From: Octopus sinensis
Taxonomy: Eukaryota
Assembly: GCF_006345805.1 (NCBI RefSeq)
Contig: NC_042997.1
Location: forward strand, 32,240,001 to 32,304,000
Reading direction: 5' to 3'
Length of the DNA stretch: 64,000 bases
In this document: in pieces, positions 10,266 through 23,099 of the stretch
Numbering within the stretch: the first letter of the stretch is position 1
Layout of the letters: each line of letters opens with the position of its first letter
Translations under genes and position numbers: made by a program
Notes under the pieces: generated by a model
Told to the model about the DNA's origin: nothing
Databases searched by the model: none
What the model saw: only the letters and a program-made list of their open reading frames with translations

Positions 10266-11662
10266 GTATAGAAGAATGTCATATATAGAAGATGAGCAGT
10301 TATGAGTTTCAGCAACAAGTGATGAATGAGTTAAATATAATCTTTTTAAACGAGTGTAGTTAATTAATTTAAGAGAAAGTTTAAATAGAAGTGAGGTAAA
10401 AAAAAAAAAAGAAAGAAGCAAGCTGCTGGCACAAACAAGACACATTTGGGTAAAAATTGTGCTGCTATTTACTGATAAAAGGAGCCCATGTTATCAGTTT
10501 GTGAAGGAATTCTTGAGGTGAATAAGTTAGACCCAACTTGACATATATCTCATGGATTATAAAGTATTAAAATTGTATTTAAGATTTTGTAGTTTACATA
10601 TGATCAACATATTGTATTTTGATATGACCCAGATTCAAGAAACTTATTTGATATGAAAATATGAAATGTATATTTTTGCAAATTTAATGCGTATAGTTTT
10701 TATTTTTTATTTTTGTTTTCAGTTATGTATTTTCTTATCACTGTGTTGTCATGGTAATCATCATCGTAAACATTTAATTCCCATTAGATCACTCAGCTTG
10801 AATATATTCTAAGCTACAAGTTAAAAATCTATTTGTGTTGTTGTTGCTATTTAGCCTACTCTAATCTATTGACAGATGTATCTTTTTGTTTCCAGTTCAT
10901 GACAAGAGATACTACTTATACCGAAAGTTCTCTGGAAATTTTCATATTAGGCAATGGAATTGGTTGAGTGGAATTCACGGATATTCATTAGGTTTTTTTT
11001 CTTTTTTTTTGTTTTCGTTTTAACTTTTGATCAGTCTCACTTTGTAATCAAGCTAAATAAACTGCAATCTCTTACTAACTCCAGAGATGCTGAACAGATA
11101 GCATTTCTAAGTACTAACTAGATGCCACAACCTAATGTTATTTTCATTGTCACTACCATTATTGGTTTTGCCTTCACGTCACTATCTCATTATAATCATT
11201 AACATTAATATTACAGTCCACATCAGCATCCCTACCACAACTATTGTCCATATTATTACTACCACCATTACTACTACTACTACTGAGAGTGTAATCATTG
11301 CTACTGTTTTGAATCTGTTGGTCAGCCACAAACATCTTGTCAGCTATTTCCTATGTCATTGGTCTGCTTCAGCAGAGATTACTAAACAAAAATCATTACT
11401 GCTTTCGCTATAGTTTGTCTGTCTCACACTTACTATAACATATGGTTTGATAAGTCTTTTCAGCAATCTCTCACTCTTTTTTTTTTATCATTAGTAAACT
11501 TAATGGTATGCCATATTACTCATTCATTTTCAAACCTAGTTATTGATGTGTAACTATGATCTGGCTCGATCCAGTAGACTATTATTGTAAGGTGATGTGT
11601 GAGAGATTTAGCTGATATTTATGGCAAATAGAAGTTTCATTGCTGACTCAGTTTCAAGTCTA

Positions 11663-11850
11663 GTTATTGTTGTTAAGCCCCGGGTCAATTTTGATCAAAG
11701 ATGTTCCCCTTGTGATCATGACATCATTTTTTTCGGATATTGTATGCCTAAGATTATGTTATCCAATATCCTTTTTTTTTCTTCTGTGATAGGAGATTTG
11801 ACTGCTATATCTAATAGGTTGAGTGACCACATAGAAAAGCCATCTCAAGT
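11663..11850 (-). mobile_element. Family G interspersed repeat ((AAC)n-tailed, probably a retroposon), representative copy
   Basis: Motif CTAGAAATAGCAGCCAAATC...TGGATAATGTAGTC...GATCATAG...GGCTAAACAACAAC. Diverged copies also lie at about 7480-7625, 13325-13515, 31020-31480, 33190-33350, 40735-40935, 44645-44830, 47540-47650, 48095-48200, 52255-52450, 52770-52900, 53345-53545, 54075-54260, 56915-57130 and 57755-57930. Confidence 0.65.
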
Positions 11851-13600
11851 CTAGTGTGGGATTGGAGTTATAGATAGAAGTGAAAGCTGAATTATTTTTT
11901 TCGTACTTTCTCTCAGTAGACCACTGTTTATCAACCCACAGAAAGACTCAAACTCAACAGTGTGAGTAAATGAAAATGTACTACAGTGTCACAGATATTC
12001 GCAGCAGTGAAAAATAACACTGTGATATCTATTTAACTGCTAAATGGAATGAGCTATTGAAAGATAGGCATGTTCACTCAGATCACAGTCCAACTGTCTC
12101 CCAGTAACCCTCCATCCATTACAGATTTGGTTGCCCATTAATACTTACTTATCCTTATCATTGAACCAATTGAACAGTGTATTGTCAGTTGATTAATGTT
12201 TTCACAAAATAATTTAAACCTTTGTGGCTAAATACCGAGATTTCCAGTCAAACAATTTCTCTTTCACTTCTCTTTTTCTCCTCTCTCTCCATTTTCTTTC
12301 AGTGTTTCTCCCACATTGACTCTCTCTCATTATTTCATAACTTGTAAATATTTTCATTTGTGTTGTCTAATAAATTATTTACTTGTGAAGTGTACCTATT
12401 TGTCCATGTGATTCACTCTCAATAGCAACATTTCAACTATCTTCCCTACTATTATCTGTTATTTCAAATCTGTGTTGCTTTTGAATTGGTTGTAGAAAAA
12501 GACAAAATTAAAACAAACACAAAATGAAACAAACAAAAAACTAAAACAAAAAGGAAAAATCTCAAAGGAAAAGATGTGGAGGAGTATGTCATGCCCTGCA
12601 TTTGTAACCTTTTACTGAATCATTAGAAGCTGTTTAACCACTAGCGAATTTGTCTCTGGTTGACCTCTGCATTCACTGGAAGACAATTAACCTTTTGTTT
12701 TTCAAGGAGAGCAATAGGGGTTGTGTGTTTTCAGTATGTTGTGTATTTGAATTTGATTCATTTCATTCTCTGTGTTTAAAAACAAAAAACAAAAACACAA
12801 AAAAAATATATAACAAGAAATAAAATCCTAATGGGAGCTAAAACTGACGGTTTATACTAATTTCCCAGTGTAAAATATTGTCTTTAACACAATTTAGGGG
12901 TTTTGTGCGGAATACTATTTTCCTTCTGTTTTACAGAATTTTCCAGCAAAATTATATTTGTTCCCTTATTACTAAACCGATATGGTGGCATTAATTGGCA
13001 ATATTTTTAGTTTAGAAGTGTGCAGCATAGCAATAATTTAGAAAAATAAATTGAAAATAGAATTAAAATCTAAGAGGAAGCGGTTATTTTCCATTCATTA
13101 ATAAAAAATAAAATGTATTTTTTAAAAATTAGTGTTAGATTTTTGTTGTTTTTATTTTGCTCATTTCAGTGTTTCCGTTTTATTTATTTGTAGACTTTTT
13201 TATTTTTAAAGCTAATATTAAGATACTGTTTATTAATGTTTATGTAATATTTTTAGTTAATATTAAGGCCAGTCAAATTGATAAAGGGTTAAGAGACTGA
13301 TCAGGGAATTGAATTATGTTAACATTTGTTATTGTGGCTTAGTCTCGGGCCTGCCTTGATCGAGTAGATCCATGATCAAAAATATTTAACATATGGTCAT
13401 CACATTTTATATTCAACGACTACCACTTCCAATGTAATCCTTCTTTTTTAGGATGATAGGATGTGATATTAGGAAGATTTACTAGCAGGCTAAATGAACA
13501 CATAGAGCTAAGGTTGCTAATCTATAGGTCACAGTATAATCCTGAAAGAGTTGCAAGGACAAAATCTTTTACTTTTCGAAATATTTCATAAAATGCAAAA

Positions 13601-13961
13601 TCTCTCTATATATAAACGGCAAAATGTCTGTGTGTGTGTCCTTTATACAAATCCACAATTTTTCAGTTAGAGGTCTCGCACTTTCTATGGTCATTCAAAA
13701 CCGTCCAAGGATGGTCATGCACATCTTTACATTTCCCCAGTCACCCCGCAAAGCCATTAAAAAAGTCAATAGAAGTGACTTTTTTGTGAATTTTCTATCC
13801 AAAACCCAATCAAAATGCCTGAAACTTGATACGCCAATTGAATGCCAGCTATCTGTATGTGATTGGTCAGAGTTTTGGACAGTACTCGTGTGTATGTGCG
13901 CATGCAGCTGTATATGCATGCACTAGCACTATGACCCGGCAACGCCGGGTCATAGTGCTAG
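13601..13961 (+). mobile_element. non-autonomous Helitron-like element
   Basis: A|TC 5' end (TCTCTCTATATATAAACGGC), CTAG|T 3' end, insertion between A and T without TSD, and GC-rich subterminal hairpin CCCGG-CAACG-CCGGG. These are canonical Helitron termini. Confidence 0.8.
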
Positions 13962-14683
13962 TCTTCATTAATATGCTATACAATAATCTATTGGTGTAAG
14001 GACTACAACAAAACATTAACTGCTAAAAAGATAAGTATCAAATGTTAAGACTACCCCATCAGAACAAATATTTTTAAAAGAAGGATCATGGAGGATTATT
14101 GATTTGCCTAAGTGAATCAGGATTGGGAATACTGATCTAAAGACTCACTCATTGGATCAATGTGAAACCTGTTGATGGATTAGGCTTTGATATTTTTATG
14201 TCATCGTTTGATATATATTACTAAGTAGAACTGTTGCAAAATTGCCTCACACATATCTGGCCAGTTAGAAATGTAACGACATTGCTTCATGCAGATGGTT
14301 CTCATTTCATGCAATCAAAAAACAAGATATTGACAGCTTTGTTAATGCTGTTGCTCAGTCATAAGCTCAAAGGTTGGAGAAGTTGAGAAGTATGTATACC
14401 ATGCACATGGTCGATGCCAGTGCTGCCCGACTGACTTCGGTGCTGGTGACACATACAAAGCACCATTTGAGCATATTGCTTGTATGACAATGACACTAGT
14501 TTACAACTATCATGTGCTGTTAAGACAAGGAATCACATACGCACACACACACACACATGGTGGATCTCCATCATTAAACAATGAGATTTCAGTTGCTCAA
14601 TCATCTAAATTCACTGTTCCTGAATAAACAAGTGGATGAGTATTCCACAGACATGTGTACCCTTAATGCCATTCTCAGGTAAA

Positions 14684-14895
14684 ACCTATTTCTTTACTAC
14701 CCACAAGGGGCTAAACACAGAGAGGACAAACAAGGACAGACAAACGGATTAAGTCGAGTATATCGACCCCAGTGCGTAACTGGCACTTATTTAATTGACC
14801 CTGAAAGGATAAGTCGACCTCGGCGGAATTTGAACTCAGAACATAGCGGCAGACGAAATACCGCTAAGCATTTCGTCTGGCGTGCTAATGTTTCT
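14684..14895 (-). mobile_element. SINE family C
   Basis: High identity to 6555-6787. Confidence 0.85.
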
Positions 14896-15547
14896 AGTTT
14901 CTACCAACTGATGCCAGTATGGAGAGCCAACGTTAAAAGATGATGATGATGTACTAACAAGATTGGCCATGTGATACCTTTTGTTGTTTGAAACCTGTAT
15001 GGAACCTTTCAGATGCTACTTAAACCATGTATATTTAAATGATTTAAGGCAGAGGCACACCATATCAACTGATACTGGACTTGTATATTGCTTTCAAGTA
15101 TTAGATTGGCTAGTTATTGCTATACCACAAACATATTTGAGCTGGGCAACGCAATAACATCAGCAACCTAATTACTTATGCTCTAATTAAAAACATGTAA
15201 TAAGTTATCAACTAAATCTAGCTTTTGCATGTATGGAAAAAGGCAGATACGAAATGAAAATAACCATGTGCTTGATGTATTTTATTTAGTACCTAAGCTC
15301 TAAAGTTGTTCATATTGTAGATTAGTGGTGTGTTATTTTGTCTTAAATGTGTTATTTGTTTTTTTTATTTTATTTTATTTTGGCCTTGGTACATTAAAAA
15401 TTAACTGGAAAGTAAGTGGAATGCAGTAAGATAGAAATTTCTATACGTGTATGTGTTCAACTAGCTGGATCCTCTTAAAACATCCATCTCGTATCAGCAA
15501 GGAGAACAGATATTAAATGATTTTACACACACACATTAAGATCACAG

Positions 15548-15933
15548 TTTTAATGTCCACCTTCCAATACTTGCACAGATTGGATGTTGACAAATTTTCT
15601 ATAGCTGGATGCTCTTCCTGTCACCAACTTACCTGTTTCCAAATAAGATGTTAACATTGAAGATTAGTAATAAGGGTCCCTAGTTTTATGATAGTGACAC
15701 TCATTTATAATTACACTCATTTAACTACCATGTGATTTCAAGACAGGAAGACACTAACACACACACATACACACGCAATGGGCTTCTATCAGTTTCCATC
15801 TACCATATTCACTCACAAAGCTTTGGTAAGACCAGGACTATAGTAGTTGATACTTGCCCAAGGTGCCACATAGAAGGACTGAACCTAAGACCATGTGATT
15901 AGGATGCAAACTTCTTAACTACTCTGTACCTGC
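15548..15933 (-). mobile_element. SINE family F, old copy
   Basis: Contains GGGCTTCTATCAGTTTCCATCTACC...GATACTTGCCCAAGGTGCCAC...GGACTGAACC (reverse complement of the CORE-like head) and the F-type tail. Confidence 0.65.
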
Positions 15934-16194
15934 ACCTAAACACAATTTTTTATAAGTTCATGGAAAATGGTCTTAACCCTCTAGCAGACAGTTTTCTGAA
16001 GTATTTCTGTATGAAGCTTGCCTGCATGTCTTCATTACACCTGTCCATATGACGGATGAGTTTGTTCATTGCTAAATGGTATTTTAGGCTTTGTGATTAT
16101 GCAGAAATCTGGCTCTAGAAAGATGCTCAAATCTTCTTTCTCTCATAATTGAAAATTATATTCATCCTGAGGAAGAAGATGCATTGAAATAGAG

Positions 16195-16261
16195 CAGATT
16201 TAGGGAGCCGTCTACTCTTGAATATTCAGATTTAGGGAGCCGTCTACTCTTGAATATTCAG
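16195..16261. repeat. perfect 32-bp tandem duplication
   Basis: CAGATTTAGGGAGCCGTCTACTCTTGAATATT at 16195-16226 and 16227-16258, followed by CAG. Confidence 0.95.
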
Positions 16262-16706
16262 TATTAAAGTGTTGTTTTGGAAAGCATTGAATATTCACCA
16301 GTTTTTATATTTTCACGTGTGTGTGTGTCCCTTCATTAGATTTACTGCAGTATTTATTTTGGCTCTTCACGTTTTAAGTTCAAATCCTGCCATGGTTAGT
16401 TTCGCCTTTCATCATTTCAGTCAATAAATAAAATGCTGCTTTAAGGTGGTGGGCTGACAATCATTAGAGCACCAAGTGAGATCACTTGCAGTTATTGTTC
16501 TAGCTTTTCATATTCTTAGCTCAAATCCTGCTGTAGCCTACTAGCCACTTTGGAAAGAAGTGGAACCTCCATCATATATATATATACATCCGTGATCAAT
16601 GATGAATAGTATTACAGGAATCCATGGCATCCAACTGGCTGAGGGTTGCCAGTACTTGATAATGATGACAAAGTGATTACATAAAGCTTCTCTTATAATA
16701 TGTATG

Positions 16707-17088
16707 GAAGCACTCCGTCAGTTACGACGACGAGGGTTCTGGTTGATCCGATCAACGGAACAGCCTGCTCATAAAATTAACGTGTGAGTGGCTGAGCACT
16801 CCACAGACACGTGTACCCTTAACGTAGTTCTCGGGGATATTCAGCGTGACACAGAGAGTGACAAGGCTGGCCCTTTGAAATACAGGTACAACAGAAACAG
16901 GAAGTAAGAGTGAGAGAAAGTTGTGGTGAAAGAGTACAGCAGGGATCACCACCATCCCTGCCGGAGCCTCGTGGAGCTTTTAGGTGTTTTCGCTCAATAA
17001 ACACTCACAACGCCCGGTCTGGGAATCGAAACTGCGATCCTACGACCGCGAGTCCGCTGCCCTAACCACTGGGCCATTGCGCCTCCAC
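16707..17088 (-). mobile_element. SINE family D, young full-length tRNA-derived SINE with TSD
   Basis: Minus-strand head GTGGAGGCGCAATGGCCCAGTGGTTAGGGCAGCGGACTCGCGGTCGTAGGATCGCAGTTTCGATTCCCAG (A and B boxes, D-stem GCCC/GGGC); 13-bp TSD TATAATATGTATG (16694-16706) / TATAATATATATG (17089-17101); many CpGs retained. Confidence 0.85.
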
Positions 17089-19334
17089 TATAATATATAT
17101 GAAGGGTAACTGTGTGTATACGTTATGGACTCATTTTGCTGAGTTTCTCAACTTAAAATATATGTAATATTTGTGTGTTTTGGAGAAGCTGTGTATATTT
17201 TGTACAATCTCATTCCATAATTTTCCACTTAAAACTTGATGTATATGTGTGTGCTTGACTTAAAGGAAGAAGAGACGCAAATATCATCTTCTAAGCACTT
17301 ATTTTAATTTTGTTTGCATAGTTCAATAGTGTACTTGCAGTGTCAAAATATGATCTTATTTAGTAGTTATTGATTACTGTTCATATTTTTACTTCATAAG
17401 AAATTTTATTATTAGTTATAATAGAACTGAAACACGACGACTAAATTTGAAGTTTTGAAGAAACTAGAAATTGAAACATTACATGCTTTTATTTAATATG
17501 AACGTATAAAGTTTTTGAACAGGGTTTTTTTTTCTTTTTTTTTTCTTTTTTTTTTTGAGAATAATATTAGAATTCTCTTCTCTTCACAGCACATTTGTAC
17601 AGACATATTCTGAAAGATAGTGATACAAAAGTACAAATTTATTAGAGAATGGCTATTAATTCTGATTCTCCATGCAATCTTGATATTTTATTGATTCCCA
17701 GTGCAATCTTTGTATCTAATTTCTTGACAATAGTCAAGAATAAAAGGTAGAAATGACACTAGTCAAATTATTCTTTTATTAGTAAAAGGCAAAATTGACT
17801 CTCATGAGGATTGAACTCAGTTTCTAGATGTCACATCCACCACCAAAAAAAAAAAAATTTTTAATGAGACATTTAGTCTAGTACTCTATCACATGTCCCA
17901 ACATAGCACTAGTAATAATTTTTAATACAAGATCACACATTTCTGGTTATAAAGAAATGTTAACACCACAAGGCATTTTATCTGATGCTCTCCCAATTCT
18001 CTCACTCAGCTACCCTTTCTGTCATGTACTAACCAAGGTTTATACCTGCTTTGTTGGGTACTTATTTCTGACATGCAAAATACTCTAAATTATGTTGCTA
18101 ATAGGGCTAAATGTAACTGGAAAGTGATATAAATGCTTGGCTCTGTGATTGAGCCAATGCAGTCCATTGAATACAAAACTATATAGATTACATATCAATG
18201 TTGTTGACTAATTCCGTCTTACAGTTCATTTGCTAATCTTCATTAGACTTCAAGGTAAGATCTTTCACTTGGTTTATTCAACAGTTTACAAATATGAAAC
18301 TACTGAAATTCAGTGACATGGAATAAACTTTTGACAGGTTTCTTATGTATGCAAGTCCATTACTATGCTCAAATAATTAGTTCTTGAGGAAGAGAAAAAA
18401 TGCATATAGTGCTAAAGGAATAAACATAATTATTTACTCCTTTCTATGTATGGAAGTAGGAGAAAGGAAAAGTGTTTAAAGCAAGTGGTAGCATGATTGA
18501 ATATGGATAGATTCACTGCCATCCCTTAGTATGGCACAGTGACTAGGTGAGAGAATGAGAAGGTAACAAAGTTTGAGGGGAGCAGGTGGAGACTTAAGAA
18601 TGATAATAATAATCAAACGTGCCCTCAGTTATTTTGTTTCTACCAGTTGAACAAGAAACCTGTAAACCAGTGAAGCAAACAAGCAAATCACGTAGAGTAA
18701 TTGACACGGTGCTTTTTCCTCTTCCTCAAGAACGTAGTTTTACATGCACTTGCGTACATAAGAAGCCTGTCAAAAGTCTATTTCATGTTACTGTATTTCA
18801 ATAGCTTCACATTTGTAAAATTTTGAATAAAACAAGTGAAAAATCTTACCTTAAAATCTAAAGAAGATTAGTAAGCAAACTAAAGTTAATAAGATTGAAT
18901 TAGTCAACAACATTGATATGTAATCTATATAGTTTTGTATTCAATGGACTACATTGGCTCAGTCACAGAGCCAAGCATTTATATCACTTTCCAGTTACAT
19001 TTAGCCCTATTAGTATCATAATTTAGAGTATTTTGCATGTCAGAAATAAGTACCCAACATAGAAAATATAATATAAGATGCCCTCAACTATGAGTGCATT
19101 GCATTTTATAGCATTAACAGCCATAAGCTAATGAAGTTCATGACATAATTACTTCTCTTATCATTTATCTAACTTATTATTGCAATGTACTTGACTGATA
19201 CTTTGTTCTGAACTCAATATGTATATTGAGTTCTAACACCAGGTTATTAGTATTGCTAAGCCTAGGTAAAATATTAAAATTTGTGTGTGGTATGTATAAT
19301 GTAATATTTTATATGTATTCTATATATATATATT

Positions 19335-19962
19335 CAGGGATGGAGCCAGCCTACGTATGCATACCTTCCCTTCTTGGGACACAAAACTCTACTTGTGAAG
19401 ACGTGATGAGGCAAGTGAGGATCAGAATCGAAATCGATCAATGGAAATTGCGGATGTGCTACCAGTGCCGGTGGCATGTCAAAACTCTGCTTGTGAAGAC
19501 CCGTTGAGGCAAGTGACGATCAGAATCGAAATCGATCAATGGAAATCGATCAATGGAAATCGATCAATGGAAATTGCAGATGTGTTACCAGTGCCGGTGG
19601 CATGTAAGAGAACTTTCCGTTTCGCGACCGTTGCCAGCACCGCCCCGTTTCGTGTTCGTTGCCAGCCTCGCCTGGCCCTCGTGCTGGTGGCACATAAAAA
19701 GCACCATCCGTTCGTGGCCGTTTGCCAGCTCTGTCTGGCACCAGTGCGGGTGGCACGTAAAAAGCACCCACTACACTCACGGAGTGGTTGGCGTTAGGAA
19801 GGGCATCCAGCCGTAGAAACACTGCCAGATTTGACTGGGCCTGATGAAGCCTTCTGGCTTCACAGACCCCAGTAGAACCGTCCAACCCATGCTAGCATGG
19901 AAAACGGACGCTAAACGATGATGATGAATGATGATGAGAACGGACGTTAAACGATGATGATG
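19335..19962 (+). mobile_element. Family A retroposon with internal about 100-bp and 15-bp tandem duplications and a duplicated 3' end
   Basis: CAAAACTCT(A/G)CTTGTGAAGAC...GTGCCGGTGGCATGT occurs twice; ATCGATCAATGGAA(A) three times; then hairpin modules and the terminal module; AACGGACG(C/T)TAAACGATGATGATG occurs twice. Confidence 0.9.
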
Positions 19963-20326
19963 GTTCATTCTACACCTGCTTTTTATGCTTGTACGGGATG
20001 GACCGATATGTTATTTGAAGCATTGTATTACAGCTCTATGCCCTTCCTGGTCCTTTACACATTTTTCAAGTAAGGGATCACTTATTCCACATGGTTGCAA
20101 ATGCTGGAGGCCCCCAGATGGATTTTTTGATAGGATAAATTGATAACAACACCTCCCACTTTCATAAAAGCGATTGTAAATAGAAACACAAACATATATA
20201 AACAGCAATCTTTTTCATTTTCTATCAACCAAATCCACTCAATAAGGTTTTGGTCTATGACACTAAACCCCAAGCCAAGTAGTTGGGAAAAGACCTTCTC
20301 AACACCACTGCTATATATCTGTCTGT

Positions 20327-20537
20327 CTTGAATAGAGGTCCATATAAGATTTTGTTGTTAAAATTTATATGCAATAGATTGGTTATACTTCGACAATACA
20401 CAAAATATTTGAAATTTTTTTAATACAATTCCTAATATTTAATTATAAAAATACTATAGGATTATGGTTATGAGGGTCTACCCAAGTAGAATACAAATCG
20501 AAAGGGGCCATGGGTGAAAAATGGTCGAGAACCGCTG
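20327..20537. mobile_element. hAT-like MITE fragment related to 9930-10265
   Basis: Shares GGTCCATATAAGA, ATGAGGGTC and a right end GGTCGAGAACCGCTG; left TIR not seen. Confidence 0.5.
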
Positions 20538-20874
20538 ATTCGTATGGCAACAAGAAGGGTATGTGGTTGCAGAAGATTTGGCTCAATAAAGTCCGCTCTA
20601 TTCATGTGAGCATGGAAAGTGGATGTTAAAACAACGTTGATGATTGTGTGTGTGTGTGTGGTGTGTGGTTTAATATGTGAGATATTAAAAAAAATAAATA
20701 TTAAAGCTTCTTGAATTGTACCTCCTGATTTTAATGTTGGTGATCATTGAAATCAATCACATGAAATTCCATGAATGAGAAAGCACCAACTTGAAAAATA
20801 CACACACTCTCTCTACACTATGCAATGATTTCTATTTCTCTGTTTGTAAATACAAACGTTCACACCAATTCTTC

Positions 20875-20876
<2 letters not shown>

Positions 20877-20945
<69 letters not shown>

Positions 20946-20953
20946 ATATATAT
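20877..20953. repeat. compound (CT)n(TA)n microsatellite
   Basis: Directly visible. Confidence 0.95.
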
Positions 20954-22061
20954 CATGAGAAAGAGATGTTTGGTTTCGTACATCAGTGTGTATGTAAATA
21001 TGTATGTTTGTATGTGTGTGTGTATATATTATACATGTCTGTGTGTGTCTTTATGCTTGCACAAACATGACCGTGATTTTTTTATATAAAGCTATTGAAA
21101 TATTCTTGCTTGTAGGCGAAGTGGGTAAAAATCTATACGTCATCCTTCTCTCTCTCACATACGCTCATTTCTCCTCCTCTCTCTCTTTCATGTTATTTCA
21201 TTGACAACTAGACTTATAATTTGAATAGTTTTATACATATATATATATATATATAGCCATTATATTTTACTGCTACTAGCAGCTGTGAACTTCAAAGGTT
21301 TAACTATTGTAGGCATAAGAAATTTATGTTCCTCATAATTCCGGTTGAATTTCGCATGTATTTGTTTATATTTATTGCCTTTTTCATTCATCATGTCTAT
21401 TTATGGCTTTTTGTTGTTATTTATTTTACTGTCATTTTTCAAAGACTTTGCTGACATAGGATTTTTTTTTTTTTAATGCTTATTTGAAAGAACTAGATTT
21501 CTAAATGCTGAATGTGCAAGGTGTTAGGTATTTTTGTTTTATTTTCAAAAAATTTTCTTTCACCTGTGATGTTTATTTTTTTTTTTTTATTACATCTTAC
21601 CATTTTCCAAAATTTCATTTAGCAATCTTCAATAATGTTAGCAATAATAATAATAATAATAATAATATGAAATGGTACAGTATCAATTTAACCTTGACCA
21701 TGACCAAGTTATCTATTAAAACCAAATTAGATTTACATCAATAATCTTTTGAAAATACCAATCATTCTATTTATATTGCTTGCAGAGATGTGTTTTGATA
21801 TATTTTAATATTTCTTATTGTTTGTCTATTAAATAAACATTGTTCATGGTAGAGAGTGCAGAATATTTCATGACAAATTGCCATACCTTTAGAATTGAAT
21901 ATCCTTGTGTGTATGTGTATGTATGTTGATGTTTGAAGTAGGTGTATGTGTATTTCTGTCGATATCTGAAGTGTGTATATATGTGATGGGTGTGTGAAAT
22001 GTGTATGTCTGTTGGTGTGAGGAATGTGTGTGTATATATATCTGTTGGTGTGTGTATATAT

Positions 22062-22098
<37 letters not shown>

Positions 22099-22319
22099 TA
22101 TATCTGTTAGTATGTGTGCATGTGTGTTTTCTCTTTCTCAGAGTAAAAGTGTAAGTTAACTTGAATTGAAGATTTTCACATTGATTTTGCAAACAATAAA
22201 ACCGGGTGTTTCACCTACATAAATATATCCAAATGAGGATGTGTGTGTGTATGTATGGGTGTGTATATATATGTGTGCATGCATATGTATGTATATAAGC
22301 TCTAAAAACTCGGCTCTGT

Positions 22320-22675
22320 CAGTCACGAATAACCATGGGTGCACTTAAGAGGTTCGCCTCCGGGGTACAAATCTGGGCGGAAAGTTACCTCACTAGTGAA
22401 TGCACTACCTAAAGTTGTTTTTATGGAAGACCAGAAGTTGCCCATGCATACCAGCCTCCCCTCTCCATGCCACCAATGTTATCCAAGGGAAAGGAAAAGG
22501 CCAATACAGCTTGGCACCAGTGATGTCACCACTCATTTCTACAGCTGAGTGAACTGGAGCAACATGAAATAAAGTGTTTTGCTCAAGAGAACAACATGCA
22601 ACTTGGTCTGGGAATCAAACCCACAACCTCACGATCGTAAGCTCAATGCTCTAACCACTGAGCTATGGGCCTTCA
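22320..22675 (-). mobile_element. tRNA-derived SINE (head related to 45534-45790 and family D)
   Basis: Minus-strand head GAAGGCCCATAGCTCAGTGGTTAGAGCATTGAGCTTACGATCGTGAGGTTGTGGGTTTGATTCCCAG, then TTGAGCAAAACACTTTATTTCATGTTGCTCCAGTTCACTCAGCTG. Confidence 0.7.
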
Positions 22676-23099
22676 TTTGTATGTATATAATGTATGTGTA
22701 TGTGTATATACCCTTTATGTATACTGAGTTTTAGGATAGTTATACCATATATATGCATGTTGTAAGAAGCAACTAAAAGGATTGGCATAAGATAGAGCAT
22801 CTGGCTGTAGAACTCTGCCTCAGTAGTCCCAACTTATGCCAGCCTGAAAAAGAAGATGCAAAAACAATTATGATGATAACATCATTCATTTGTCTATTCA
22901 TGGTTTCTTGAAGGAAATGGTGCCAATTAGAAATTAAATCTTCTGTCATAACTGTAGGTTTGATGTTGCTTCCATAATATAAAATACACCCACCATTTAT
23001 AAGATGCTTTCCTATGTCTGACTGTCTCATGTCAGTATGAGTCAGACAAAACTTTTTGAGGCAATGTACTACGGCTGGATGCTGTTCCTGGTGCCAACT

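Noticed and set aside
15973-16190. TTAACCCTCTAG piggyBac-like end and minus-strand peptide KYHLAMNKLIRHMDRCNEDMQASFIQKYFRKLSARG
   Set aside because: Short, bounded by stops, no matching second TIR and no recognisable transposase motif.
17010-17088. tRNA-like sequence (also 45534, 22600-22675, 33851)
   Set aside because: Anticodon and acceptor stems do not pair, and each continues into a SINE body; these are SINE heads, not tRNA genes.
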